A stretch of 61,802 bases of DNA, the filler included. It is 5 parts of 5 records of this genome, joined end to end, with 100 filler letters (N's around TTAATTAATTAA, not from the genome) between each part and the next. Parts side by side here need not be neighbours in the genome. Positions count along the whole stretch, not along the records: positions 1 to 12,078 come from SRR22947727_3944; positions 12,179 to 36,878 come from SRR22947727_3951; 3 more parts are not named here. One strand, 5' to 3'. Below the pieces are notes generated by a model. That model was not told where the DNA came from. It saw nothing but the letters and a program-made list of their open reading frames with translations, and did not search any database. Positions 9,332 through 19,266 of this stretch are shown piece by piece. How positions within the stretch are numbered: position 1 is the stretch's first letter; every line of letters starts with the position of its first letter. A program made the translations under genes and the position numbers.

Positions 9332-9736
9332 TTAGTTAGTTCCTAATATTATTGCTCGGAATCTCATGACTCCATGTCTAGTAACACCATCTGGGTCTCT
9401 CATTATATCACTATATTCAAATCTAAGGTTAATCAGATTGAAACCTGTGACAGTTAAGTCTATATCATGCAATAAATCGTGTACCTTGTCCATTATTTGT
9501 TTAGTTTCTTTAGAACCTTTATATTGTGACCAAATATGGATATTGATTGTGTACTCTCCACCTGTTAAATCTTTGGTGCTGTAATCAATGGCTGTTTCTT
9601 CTCCAAGCGTAATAAAAGGATAGGTATTACCTTCTATAACTTCATCATAAACACCACAAGATAAAGTTGATGTTATGGCACTCACATTAAGTGCTGAATA
9701 AATAGAACTTTGTAATGCAAACTGTCCTATGCTCAT
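9332..9736 (-). CDS. Tail terminator / completion protein (DUF3168-like)
   Basis: LQSSIYSAL..VYD..YPFITLGE..IHIWS..G.KE..RHGVMRFRA. Confidence 0.88.
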   Translation of the reverse strand: MSIGQFALQSSIYSALNVSAITSTLSCGVYDEVIEGNTYPFITLGEETAIDYSTKDLTGGEYTINIHIWSQYKGSKETKQIMDKVHDLLHDIDLTVTGFNLINLRFEYSDIMRDPDGVTRHGVMRFRAIILGTN

Positions 9737-10164
9737 TTAAGCACTCCTTTTTTAAACATGCTTTGTATTTTTCTTTTGTTTTTTTCTAATGCAGGTTGCA
9801 TAAATGGTCTTTCAGTCATTTGTGTTGTTCCAAACTCTAAAGCTGCTGAATAAGGTGCTGCTGATATTATTTGACCAACAACTGTGCCATTAGCCTTTAC
9901 ATCAACATTCATTGTAATTTGACTTGCTAAAAACCCTGTATCACTAGCAGGTGGTTGATTAGGTGCTGATGCTCTATGCGTTCTTCTTGGCTCATACTTT
10001 TCATATAATCTACCTGTGCCACCTCTTAAAATACTTTCTTTAGCAGTATTTTGCACCATCAAAGTACCACGAGTTACATACTCTTTAACTTTGTTATCTT
10101 GTAATCTTTTATTTAGCTTTTTATTAAATGCTTTAAGATTTGTTATTTTTAAATCAACACTCAT
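9733..10164 (-). CDS. HK97 gp10-family neck protein
   Basis: HRASAP.QPPASDTG.L..YS..LEFGT..M..RPFMQPA. Confidence 0.9.
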   Translation of the reverse strand: MSVDLKITNLKAFNKKLNKRLQDNKVKEYVTRGTLMVQNTAKESILRGGTGRLYEKYEPRRTHRASAPNQPPASDTGFLASQITMNVDVKANGTVVGQIISAAPYSAALEFGTTQMTERPFMQPALEKNKRKIQSMFKKGVLK

Positions 10165-10490
10165 ATTGCTACGCCTTCTTCACACAACAATTTTAAGTAT
10201 CTGTCTCTTTCATCAACATTAACTATGCCTTTGATATTAAAATTACGACTACCATAAGTTACCCTACTGTTTGTAGATATATTCTTCATATAACGAATTG
10301 TAACCTCGTGTGTGACCTTTTCTTGTACTATCCCTTGCCTATATGTGCTATTGGCATTTGTGGGCTTAATATTGGCGTAAATAAAAGTGACTGGTGAATA
10401 TGCTTGTGATAGACCACCACCTGCATCACGAGTATTAGTAGCGTTTTCTACCTTAACCCTATATCGCATCTTGCCGATACTGTTAGCCAT
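10161..10490 (-). CDS. Head closure (stopper) protein
   Basis: IGKMRYRV..TRDAGGG..THEVTIRY..FNIK..NVDER..L.LLCEE. Confidence 0.9.
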   Translation of the reverse strand: MANSIGKMRYRVKVENATNTRDAGGGLSQAYSPVTFIYANIKPTNANSTYRQGIVQEKVTHEVTIRYMKNISTNSRVTYGSRNFNIKGIVNVDERDRYLKLLCEEGVAI

Positions 10491-10491
10491 T

Positions 10492-11148
10492 TTAACCTAA
10501 TGCCATTAAGGAAGATGAGCCTAATCCTTTATGAACAACATAGGGTGCATACAAAGACCTTAACATTGGTGGATAAGGTAATTTAGCATCATACATATCT
10601 CCTCTATGCTCATAAAGAAAAGCTATGTGTTGTAGTATGCCTAATCTTAATGGTTCAGGAATACTGTATTGTGATGTGTAACCTGCTATGTATTTTACTT
10701 CTATAGCATTGGCTACTCTTAGTGCTGTAGGAAATGTAGTTCCTGTTCTTAAAACTATTCTTGCTGGTTCTCTAGCATTGTCTACATAGTATTCTGAAGC
10801 AGCCATTGTAGTTGCTGTATCTGCATCATCATAAGTCTTCACATGGGTTACAGAAGCAACTGGAGAACGAGGTAATACAATATAGTTTTTATAATAATTT
10901 AAGTAAGGACCAGTTCTCATGCCTTCCCATAAAGGGTCATCAATATCTTGAAAAGCATCTAGGTATAAAATAAGTGTTTGAGTCATTAAGGCTCTACCAG
11001 TATGTTCTTCACAAAACCTTCTAGCTGTTTCAATAAAAGGTCTTATGATTCTTTCATCAGTAGAATCATCTACTCGTAAGTATTCTTTGACTTCTTGTAG
11101 TGTGACTGGCTCTTGAGTTGGCTCTACGCTTATTGTTAATCCTGCCAT
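10492..11148 (-). CDS. Head-tail adaptor (gp6 / phiE125 gp8-like)
   Basis: EPVTLQEVKEYLRVD..AR..CE..TGRALMTQ..LPRSPV..Y.AGY..IPEPL..IL..LYEHRG; ATG overlaps the upstream TAA. Confidence 0.9.
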   Translation of the reverse strand: MAGLTISVEPTQEPVTLQEVKEYLRVDDSTDERIIRPFIETARRFCEEHTGRALMTQTLILYLDAFQDIDDPLWEGMRTGPYLNYYKNYIVLPRSPVASVTHVKTYDDADTATTMAASEYYVDNAREPARIVLRTGTTFPTALRVANAIEVKYIAGYTSQYSIPEPLRLGILQHIAFLYEHRGDMYDAKLPYPPMLRSLYAPYVVHKGLGSSSLMALG

Positions 11149-11351
11149 TAGAAAAATGCTCCTATAACTTGTGAGCCTATAATTAGAATATATAAACCCC
11201 AAATTTGTTGCTCCATGCGAACAAATCTTTTAGAGCCTGATTCCATACGCCTTTCTATGTTTTCATAGCGTAAAGCACATATCTGCTCATGTAGTTCCAA
11301 CTTACTTAAATCAGTTGGGTTTGTTATCTCCACTTTCGGCATCTTCATCAC
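11148..11351 (-). CDS. Small coiled-coil protein with C-terminal TM helix (XhlA/holin-like)
   Basis: HEQICALRYENIERR..RF.RME followed by hydrophobic IWGLYILIIG. Confidence 0.65.
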   Translation of the reverse strand: MMKMPKVEITNPTDLSKLELHEQICALRYENIERRMESGSKRFVRMEQQIWGLYILIIGSQVIGAFF

Positions 11352-11619
11352 TTGCTTCCATTTCTTCAGGCAAATTGTTTTTTAACTCTGCCATAAAATG
11401 ATTTATGAGTACATCTGCTTTTTCTATTTCAAAATTAGCATTTGTAAGCATGTCATTCTTTTGTTTTTGAATGATGGCAAGTTTGTTGTAAATAATTTTA
11501 CCTTCATCAGACATATCATCTATTAGGTATTTCTTTTCAACATCTTTGTCATCTACCTTTTCAGTAAGTGTTAAAACCTTTGGTTCTTCATTTACTGTAT
11601 TGTCATTAGCTTCTGCCAT
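11311..11619 (-). CDS. Phage hypothetical protein (acidic, coiled-coil)
   Basis: AGGAGA RBS, co-oriented, KYLIDDMSDEGK motif. Confidence 0.75.
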   Translation of the reverse strand: MAEANDNTVNEEPKVLTLTEKVDDKDVEKKYLIDDMSDEGKIIYNKLAIIQKQKNDMLTNANFEIEKADVLINHFMAELKNNLPEEMEASDEDAESGDNKPN

Positions 11620-11654
11620 AATTAATTCTCCTAATTAAAAGTATTAGTCTATCA

Positions 11655-12078
11655 CTATCCTTCTAATGTTTCTATTCTTGATTTTAAATCGTCTATTATT
11701 GTTTGTTGTTCTTTCATTCCTTTTACAAGGTGTACTACTAATTTACTGTAATCCATTTGATACATTTCTTCTTCTGAACCTGATACAGCATTTGGTACTA
11801 TGTCTAATACTTCTTGAGCTATAAGACCTTCGTCTGCTTTACCATCTGCTTTCCAGTTGTATGAAACTGGGTTGAGTTCGTTGATTACTTCTAAACCTCT
11901 TGCAGAGCCTGTAACGTCTTTTAGTCTGCCATCTGAAGATGTGTTGTAGGCTGTCGCACTGCTTGTTGTTGTAATACTTCCAACTTCAGAAGCACTACCA
12001 TTTCTAAAAAATGCTACTTGTATGCTTGAACCTGTTCCATCTGTTGTCAATCTAAGATGACCATTAGCTCTGATTGAA
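11655..12078 (-). CDS. Fibre protein C-terminus with peptidase S74 intramolecular chaperone domain (5' truncated)
   Basis: YNTSSDGRLK..LNPVSYNWK..GLIAQEV..P.AV..MDYSKL..LVKGMKE plus coiled coil; frame open to the contig edge. Confidence 0.9.
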
Positions 12079-12178
12079 NNNNNNNNNNNNNNNNNNNNNN
12101 NNNNNNNNNNNNNNNNNNNNNNTTAATTAATTAANNNNNNNNNNNNNNNNNNNNNNNNNNNNNNNNNNNNNNNNNNNN
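12079..12178. other. Artificial contig linker
   Basis: 44 N + TTAATTAATTAA (stops in all six frames) + 44 N. Confidence 0.99.
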
Positions 12179-13400
12179 AAAAATCAATATCAAAATCAGG
12201 CATTGAAACACGCTCGGGGTTCAAAAACCGTTCAAACAGCAAGCCCCATTTCAATGGGTCAAGATCGGTAATCAACAACGCCCATGCCACCACCGAACCC
12301 GCACCCGAACCACGACCAGGCCCAACCGGAATATTCTGCGCCTTCGCCCATTGGATAAAATCAGCAACGATCAGAAAATAACCCGGAAAGCCCATTTGTT
12401 TGATCACATTCAATTCAAAGGCCAAGCGGTCAAAATAGGGCTTTGCGATCACCGCGCGCGCCGCCTCATCCATGCTGTTGTCATAAACATGGCGCTGCAA
12501 GCGGCTTTGCAATCCCGCTTCGGCCTGCGCGGTTAGTTCATCTTCTTCATTGCGGCCATCGGCCGATTCAAAAGGCGGCAAGATCGGATCGCGCTGCCTT
12601 GCCATTGTGCTACACCGTTTGGCGATCACCAATGTGTTTGAAATTGCTTCAGGAATATCTTTAAATAATTCAGACATCTGAGCAGCACTTTTAAAGTAAT
12701 GCTCGGGCGAGAAACGCGGTCTATTTGTTTCGGAAAATTTACGGCCAGTCCCAATACAAACCAGCGTGTCATGTGGCTGGCTCATCGCTGCATCTTCAAA
12801 CCGGCAGTCATTTGTCGCCACTAATGGCAAATTCAACCGATCGGCAATTTCCAGAAGGTGCGGTTCGGCCGTGCGTTCAATGCCAAGGCCATGGCGCTGT
12901 AACTCAATATAGAACCGATCACCAAAGATTGCCGCCAGCCGGTCAGCGCGTGCCGCCGCCAATGTTGGTCTGCCATCACCGGCAGGCGCACCAACAAAAC
13001 CGGCCAAGGCGCCGCCGCTTAAAAGAATGAGCCCTTCAGCATGCGCTTCGAGATCGTCAAGCGAACATGACGGATCATGAACCGCATCAGCGTCAAGCAA
13101 TGTTTTGGACAATAATTTCGAAAGATTGGTATAGCCAAAGTCGGTTTGAGCCAGAAGCACGATTTCGCCCTGCCCCTGCGCATCTTCCAGATTGAGCTGG
13201 GTTCCCATGATGGGCTGGATGCCAGCACCGATTAGCGTTTGGGCAAATTCCAGCGCGCCAAACATATTATTGGTATCGGTAATCGCCGCGGCGGGTTGGT
13301 GATCATCGGCGATCAGCCCCGACAGGCTTTTGATTCGCAATGTCGATTCGGCCAGCGAATAGGCGCTATGCAGTCTAAGATGGACAAAATTGGCTGGCAT
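12179..13400 (-). CDS. dnaE: DNA polymerase III alpha subunit (3' truncated)
   Basis: [14 protein letters not shown] domain; [29 protein letters not shown]. Confidence 0.97.
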
Positions 13401-13461
13401 CACGGGCTTTCAGCAATGAATAAGGCGTGCCCAAACCTTACCCTAAACGCAGCAGGGAAAG

Positions 13462-14169
13462 CTAGCCAATTGAGATGATTTTACCGTCACTGATGGTCAG
13501 AATTGAATCCATATTCAAGGCCAATTGCTGATTATGTGTCACCACCAACGCCGCCGTTCCGGTTGCCCGCGTAATCGTTGCCAAATGATGAAACACGTCT
13601 TTTGCCGTGTCAGGGTCGAGATTCCCGGTTGGCTCGTCAGCCAGCAATACCCGCGGCGCATTTGCCACTGATCGGGCTATCGCAACACGTTGCTGCTCAC
13701 CTCCCGATAACAGCCCGGGCCGGTGATCGGCGCGCGCTTGCAATCCAACCATTGCCAGTAATTGTTCGGCGCGTGTTGCCGCCTCATTCCGGTCAAGCCC
13801 GTTCAGCATTTGTGGAATCATCACATTTTCAAGCGCCGAAAATTCCGGCAAAAGACGGTGAAATTGAAACACAAACCCGATATGGCTTCGACGAAGATTG
13901 CCCCGCTTACCGCGGCCAAGCTTGCCAGCATCGACACCGTCGATCAAAACCTCACCAGCATCGGGGCGTTCCAAAAGGCCGGCAATATTCAACAATGTTG
14001 ATTTTCCCGAACCTGACGGCCCAACAAGCGCTTTCATTTCGCCAGCACGAACCGACAGGCTGGCATTATTCAGCACATCCAGCTTGACCGTGCCTTGAAG
14101 ATAGCTTCGCTGCACATTGCGTAATTCTAACAAAGGCACAGGTGCTTTCATCTCTGGTGGATTATTCAT
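13462..14169 (-). CDS. lolD: Lipoprotein-releasing ABC transporter ATP-binding protein
   Basis: [31 protein letters not shown]; start overlaps the lolC/E stop. Confidence 0.92.
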   Translation of the reverse strand: MNNPPEMKAPVPLLELRNVQRSYLQGTVKLDVLNNASLSVRAGEMKALVGPSGSGKSTLLNIAGLLERPDAGEVLIDGVDAGKLGRGKRGNLRRSHIGFVFQFHRLLPEFSALENVMIPQMLNGLDRNEAATRAEQLLAMVGLQARADHRPGLLSGGEQQRVAIARSVANAPRVLLADEPTGNLDPDTAKDVFHHLATITRATGTAALVVTHNQQLALNMDSILTISDGKIISIG

Positions 14170-15418
14170 AGCGCAATGCCTCGGCCGGTGCGATCCGCGA
14201 TGCCCGCCATGCCGGATATAGGCTGGCAAGGAAAGACAGACCAAGTGCCATCAGCACCACCATCAATACTTCTTGCGGATCAACCTTGGCTGGCAAATTC
14301 GACAGAAAATAGATTTCAGCAGCAAATAATTCAGCTCCTGACAGGCTTTCAATGGCCTGTTTAATTGTATCAATATTCCAACAAAACAGTATGCCAACGA
14401 CGGTTCCGGCAAATGTACCGACAATGCCAATGCTTGCCCCTGTCATCAAAAAGATCCGGACAATACTGCCGCCGCTGGCGCCCATTGTGCGCAAAACCGC
14501 AATATCGGCATTTTTTGACCGCACAAGCATGATCATGGATGAAATAATGTTAAAGGCGGCAACAAGGATAATCAGCGTCAAAATCAAAAACATCACATTA
14601 CGTTCGACCCGAAGCGCATTCAAAAAACTGCGATTTCGGTCGATCCAGTCAAAAACCCGCAAATCAGTCCCGACGGTTTGTGTAACCGATTGACGGAGCA
14701 TTGCAATCTGTTCTGGGGCTGACACATAGATTTCAAGACCAGATACGCTTTTTTCATAGCCAAGAAAGGCCGCTGACAGATCAAGTGGCATAAACACAAA
14801 GCTGGAATCATATTCATACATGCCAACATGAAACACGCCGGCAATTTTGAATTTGCGCCTTGTTGGCACCGTGCCAAAGGCCGTGGCTTTGCCTTTGGCG
14901 GTTGTCAGCGTCACGCTATCACCTGCCTTAACACCAAGCTTAAACGCCATCTCGCGGCCAATCAGAACGCCATTTTCATCGCGAAACCGGTTGATATCAG
15001 CTTCATCAAGCGAGTCCCAAAGCGGTTTGCGAACAGCCAAATCCGACCAGCGAACGCCGCGCACCACCGCGCCAATGCTGACCCGGTTCTGGGTTGCCAT
15101 GACCTGCCCTTCGATTTGCGGCGTGACCGCAATCACATCAGGCATATCGGTGATTTTCAGGGCAAGCTGGTCAAAATCGGCAATGCCGCCTGCCTGTTTT
15201 GAATAAACCGCAACATGACCATTCAGCCCCAAAATACGGCCAACCAATTCAGCGCGAAACCCATTCATCACTGACATGACAACAATTAAAGTGGCAACGC
15301 CAAGCGTGATACCGGCAAGTGAAAACCAGGCAATGACCGAAATAAACCCTTCGGCGCGGCGCGATCGCATATAGCGAAACGCTAGCATCCGTTCAACCGG
15401 AGAGAAAAAATACCGCAT
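14162..15418 (-). CDS. lolE: Lipoprotein-releasing ABC transporter permease LolC/E
   Basis: [37 protein letters not shown]. Confidence 0.92.
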   Translation of the reverse strand: MRYFFSPVERMLAFRYMRSRRAEGFISVIAWFSLAGITLGVATLIVVMSVMNGFRAELVGRILGLNGHVAVYSKQAGGIADFDQLALKITDMPDVIAVTPQIEGQVMATQNRVSIGAVVRGVRWSDLAVRKPLWDSLDEADINRFRDENGVLIGREMAFKLGVKAGDSVTLTTAKGKATAFGTVPTRRKFKIAGVFHVGMYEYDSSFVFMPLDLSAAFLGYEKSVSGLEIYVSAPEQIAMLRQSVTQTVGTDLRVFDWIDRNRSFLNALRVERNVMFLILTLIILVAAFNIISSMIMLVRSKNADIAVLRTMGASGGSIVRIFLMTGASIGIVGTFAGTVVGILFCWNIDTIKQAIESLSGAELFAAEIYFLSNLPAKVDPQEVLMVVLMALGLSFLASLYPAWRASRIAPAEALRYE

Positions 15419-15457
15419 TAAACCGCCCTTTTCGCCTTTATCAGGTTCCTGTCAATT

Positions 15458-16792
15458 TTAGCTTTCTAGCCTGGCCTTTGATTTGGCACAAACCATGGTC
15501 AAAGCAGCCTCAGGAGGCACCTCACTGGTTTCACCAGTTTTGCGACGCTTCACCTCAACCACGCCATTATCCATACCGCGAGGCCCAACAACAATCTGCC
15601 ACGGAATACCAATCAAATCCATGGCTGCAAGCTTTGCCCCTGGCCGTTCATCACGATCATCAATCAGCGGATCACATCCTGCCGCGGCAAGCTGGTCATA
15701 TAATGACTGGCTGGCGGAATCACAAACCGCATCGCCCGGCTTTAGGTTCACCACGGCAACGCCGAATGGTGCAACCGAATCAGGCCAGATAATGCCTTTA
15801 TCATCGTGACTCGCTTCGATAATGCCACCAACAAGGCGCGAAACGCCAATACCGTAAGACCCCATATGAACCGGAACGTTTTTGCCATCAGGCCCCGAGA
15901 CCACCGCGCCCATTGCCGCCGAATATTTGGTGCCAAAATAAAAGATATGGCCAATTTCAATGCCGCGCATGGTCATTAAATCAGCATCTTTTACCGGACA
16001 GGTTGCCGGATCATGCTTTTCATCGGCACGTGCATAGATTGATGTGAATTTATCAACAAAGGGCTGCAAATCGGCGTCATAGTCGATTTCGGCAAGCAGA
16101 TCGGCCTTTAACCAATCTTTATGGAAATACACACCGCTTTCGCCGGTTTCGGCCAAAATGATGAATTCATGGCTCATATCACCCCCGATTGGACCCGTGT
16201 CAGCCTCCATCGGAATCGCCGTTAGCCCCATCCGCGCAAAGGTTTTCAGATAGGAAACAAACATTTTATTGTAGGCTGTGCGTGCGCCATCAGCATCAAG
16301 ATCAAAAGAATAAGCATCTTTCATCAAAAATTCACGGCCACGCATAATGCCAAAACGCGGCCGAACCTCATCGCGGAATTTCCACTGGATATGATACAGA
16401 TTCAGCGGCAGCGCCTTATAGCTTCGGACATGCGACCGGAAAATATCGGTAACCTGTTCTTCATTGGTTGGCCCATAAAGCATATCGCGATCATGTCGGT
16501 CTTTGACGCGAAGCATTTCCGCACCATAATCGTCATAACGCCCCGATTCCTGCCAGATTTCGGCTGGTTGCAGGGTCGGCATCAAAATTTCCAATGCGCC
16601 GGAACGATCCTGTTCTTCGCGAACGATCGTAGCAATCTTGTCAAGAACGCGCTTGCCAAGTGGCAACCATGAATAGATTCCGGCACTCGATTGCTGAATC
16701 ATCCCCGCACGCAGCATCAGACGATGCGAGGCAATCTGTGCCTCTTTCGGGGTTTCTTTTAGAACCGGCAAAAAATACTGACTTAAACGCAT
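15458..16792 (-). CDS. proS: Proline--tRNA ligase (short form without editing insertion)
   Basis: [41 protein letters not shown]. Confidence 0.97.
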   Translation of the reverse strand: MRLSQYFLPVLKETPKEAQIASHRLMLRAGMIQQSSAGIYSWLPLGKRVLDKIATIVREEQDRSGALEILMPTLQPAEIWQESGRYDDYGAEMLRVKDRHDRDMLYGPTNEEQVTDIFRSHVRSYKALPLNLYHIQWKFRDEVRPRFGIMRGREFLMKDAYSFDLDADGARTAYNKMFVSYLKTFARMGLTAIPMEADTGPIGGDMSHEFIILAETGESGVYFHKDWLKADLLAEIDYDADLQPFVDKFTSIYARADEKHDPATCPVKDADLMTMRGIEIGHIFYFGTKYSAAMGAVVSGPDGKNVPVHMGSYGIGVSRLVGGIIEASHDDKGIIWPDSVAPFGVAVVNLKPGDAVCDSASQSLYDQLAAAGCDPLIDDRDERPGAKLAAMDLIGIPWQIVVGPRGMDNGVVEVKRRKTGETSEVPPEAALTMVCAKSKARLES

Positions 16793-16893
16793 CGGGTTTC
16801 CTTTAATGAAGATGGCACAATCACATGTAACGGTTTGGCCTAACCGATATCCTGATGATGACATAGACGGGTCACGCTAGGATGAGAATATCT

Positions 16894-17955
16894 TTAACAC
16901 AAGGGCGGCAAGCCGTCTTCGTCAAAAAGCGCATCCAATAAAGCCTTATCAACAAGCGCAAGGCTGTTTGGCGACCATTTTGGCGCATTATCCCGATCAA
17001 CCAAAACCGCACGAACGCCTTCGATATAGTCGCCACGCCGAATCATGCGCATCGCGAGATGGTAATCAAGTGTCAGCGCCGCGCCAATATCGGTGATGTC
17101 ATTGGCCATTTGCAATAAACGCCAAAACAGCTTGATCGAGACCGGACAACGCGTGGCAAAGGCCGTTATAACATGGCTAACCAATTTATCATTCGGCCGC
17201 ATCCGCGCCAGATCTTCGGCGCGTTCCTGCATCTGTTCAGGGGTCACATCACCGCCAAAAATACGGTCAATTACCGGCATTTGATGGTTTAAGGCTGGCA
17301 CCCCCGGATCCATTTTAAAGCCAGCAATAACCTGATCAATTTCAGATGCAGTGCAATCAAGAAGTGATCGTTTCAACCCTTCCATCTGGTCAGATGGCAC
17401 CATTGATGTGGCCAGGCCAAGCATCATGCAATCAGCGCCATGAATGATATATCCGGTCATGCCAAGCAATCGGGCAACTGGCAAAGGGCACCGGCCAAGA
17501 AACAGGCTTGCCCCCACATCAGGAAACAGGCCAATGCTGGTTTCCGGCATCGCAAAGCGTGTCGTTTCACTCATGATGATATGGGTGCAATGTTCGGCAA
17601 GACCAGCACCGCCACCCATAACAACACCATCGCACAGCGCGATAATCGGTTTGCCAAATTCGGCAATCGCCAGATCAACCAGATATTCACCTCGAAAAAA
17701 GGTATCTGCCTCGTCAAAACCGTTGGCGATGATGGTTTCGCGCGCCTGCCGGATATCACCACCAGCGCAAAAGGCGCGTGGCGCACTGCTGGCGATCACC
17801 ACATGGCTGATCGCTGGATCATCACGCCAGCCAAGCAGAACCTGCCGTAAATCAGTGACCATCTCGACGGTTAGCGCATTCAACGCCTTTGGCCGATCAA
17901 GCGTGACAAGACCGGCACCATTAATAACGTCAAAATGAATATGCGCCTGTGGCAT
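16894..17955 (-). CDS. Enoyl-CoA hydratase / 3-hydroxyisobutyryl-CoA hydrolase family
   Basis: LDRPKALNAL, AFCAGGD, MGGGAG, MPETSIGLFPDVG, EGVRAVLVDRD..PKW. Confidence 0.9.
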   Translation of the reverse strand: MPQAHIHFDVINGAGLVTLDRPKALNALTVEMVTDLRQVLLGWRDDPAISHVVIASSAPRAFCAGGDIRQARETIIANGFDEADTFFRGEYLVDLAIAEFGKPIIALCDGVVMGGGAGLAEHCTHIIMSETTRFAMPETSIGLFPDVGASLFLGRCPLPVARLLGMTGYIIHGADCMMLGLATSMVPSDQMEGLKRSLLDCTASEIDQVIAGFKMDPGVPALNHQMPVIDRIFGGDVTPEQMQERAEDLARMRPNDKLVSHVITAFATRCPVSIKLFWRLLQMANDITDIGAALTLDYHLAMRMIRRGDYIEGVRAVLVDRDNAPKWSPNSLALVDKALLDALFDEDGLPPLC

Positions 17956-18021
17956 TGCGGAAATCTTCCCAGATCGTTATGAATAGGTGGTTTTTCAGAT
18001 CAATTACGGATTAAACAGCCC

Positions 18022-19017
18022 ATGAGCCGAGGTCAATACCCTTCCACAAGGATGCGGCGCAACCGGATGACGGCATTTTCGCGTCGCCTTGTTGCCGAAA
18101 CCCGCCTTGATAGTGCCGATCTTATCTGGCCTCTTTTTGTGATTGAGGGACAGAACATAGCCGAGCCAATTGATGCCATGCCCGGTGTTTTCCGCTACTC
18201 GATTGATCAGCTTTTGCAACAGGCGGCCAAAGCGGTTGAATTAACAATTCCCGCAATTGCCATTTTCCCGTCAATCGACGCCGCATTAAAGGATGCGTCA
18301 GGCAGCCTTGCCCGCGATGGTGACAATCTTGTGTGCCGTGCGGTCAGCGCGGTCAAAGCCGCCTTTCCCGATCTTGGCATCATCTGTGACGTTGCGCTTG
18401 ACCCCTTTACCTCGCATGGCCATGACGGTTTGCTGGATGGGGACGAAATTTTAAATGACGAAACCATTGCGGCTTTGTGCGAACAGGCAGTGCATCAGTC
18501 CAATGCCGGATGCGATATCATCGCCCCGTCAGATATGATGGATGGCCGCGTTGGCGAAATTCGCGCCGCACTTGATGCTGCTGGGCATCACAATGTGCAA
18601 ATCATGGCCTATGCGGCGAAATATGCATCTGGATTTTACGGGCCGTTCCGCGATGCGGTGCGGGCTGGTGCATCGCTTGGCAAGGCAGGCAAATCCACCT
18701 ATCAAATGGATCCGGCCAATAGCGATGAAGCGATGCATGAAATCGCGCTTGACCTCGCCGAAGGTGCCGACATGGTCATTGTCAAACCGGGGATGCCCTA
18801 TCTGGATATTCTGGCACGCGCCAAGGCCGAATTTGGCGTGCCATGCATTGCCTATCAGGTATCGGGCGAATATTCGATGCTATGCGCGTCATTCGAAAAG
18901 GGCTGGCTTGATCGCGAACGCACCATTCTTGAAGCCATGACCTGTTTCAAACGCGCGGGTGCCGATGCTGTTTTGACCTATTTTGCGCCTGAAATTGCAA
19001 TTATGATTCGGCGTTAG
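18022..19017 (+). CDS. hemB: Porphobilinogen synthase (Asp-rich, Zn-independent type)
   Basis: DVALDPFTSHGHDG, PSDMMDGR, YQMDPAN, VKPGMPYLD, AYQVSGEY. Confidence 0.97.
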   Translation: MSRGQYPSTRMRRNRMTAFSRRLVAETRLDSADLIWPLFVIEGQNIAEPIDAMPGVFRYSIDQLLQQAAKAVELTIPAIAIFPSIDAALKDASGSLARDGDNLVCRAVSAVKAAFPDLGIICDVALDPFTSHGHDGLLDGDEILNDETIAALCEQAVHQSNAGCDIIAPSDMMDGRVGEIRAALDAAGHHNVQIMAYAAKYASGFYGPFRDAVRAGASLGKAGKSTYQMDPANSDEAMHEIALDLAEGADMVIVKPGMPYLDILARAKAEFGVPCIAYQVSGEYSMLCASFEKGWLDRERTILEAMTCFKRAGADAVLTYFAPEIAIMIRR

Positions 19018-19266
19018 TTGCGCGTGGTTTCCCCCATCAGACCGCAGTGCCGGAACAGACCATGGCAAAGCTTGTTTATAATCGGTCGTTGTCAGGCCAT
19101 CGCCGCGTCATCTATGCAGATAGATAACGGCAATCATCCAGTTTTACTGTTATAAAGACGCAAATGAAGGTCATAATATTGGCAGCTTATAAAGGTGGTA
19201 GTGGCCAATCGCACAATGCGTGAAAACGCATGACGCGAATAGGATTGCCATAAGGGGGATTACATT

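Larger units (their letters stand above)
1..12078 (-). mobile_element. Phage contig: neck and non-contractile tail morphogenesis module (siphovirus morphotype)
   Basis: Contiguous co-oriented, overlapping genes for adaptor, stopper, HK97-gp10-like protein, terminator, tube, chaperones, tape measure, Dit, hub, NlpC/P60-like protein and tail tip; no sheath gene; AT-rich. Confidence 0.95.

Noticed and set aside
12079-12178. TTAATTAATTAA palindrome recurring four times
   Set aside because: Synthetic six-frame-stop linker embedded in N runs; ORFs containing X residues are artefacts of it
1-13400. Phage appearing to be integrated next to or into dnaE
   Set aside because: The junction is a linker; the contigs are unrelated and dnaE is merely truncated
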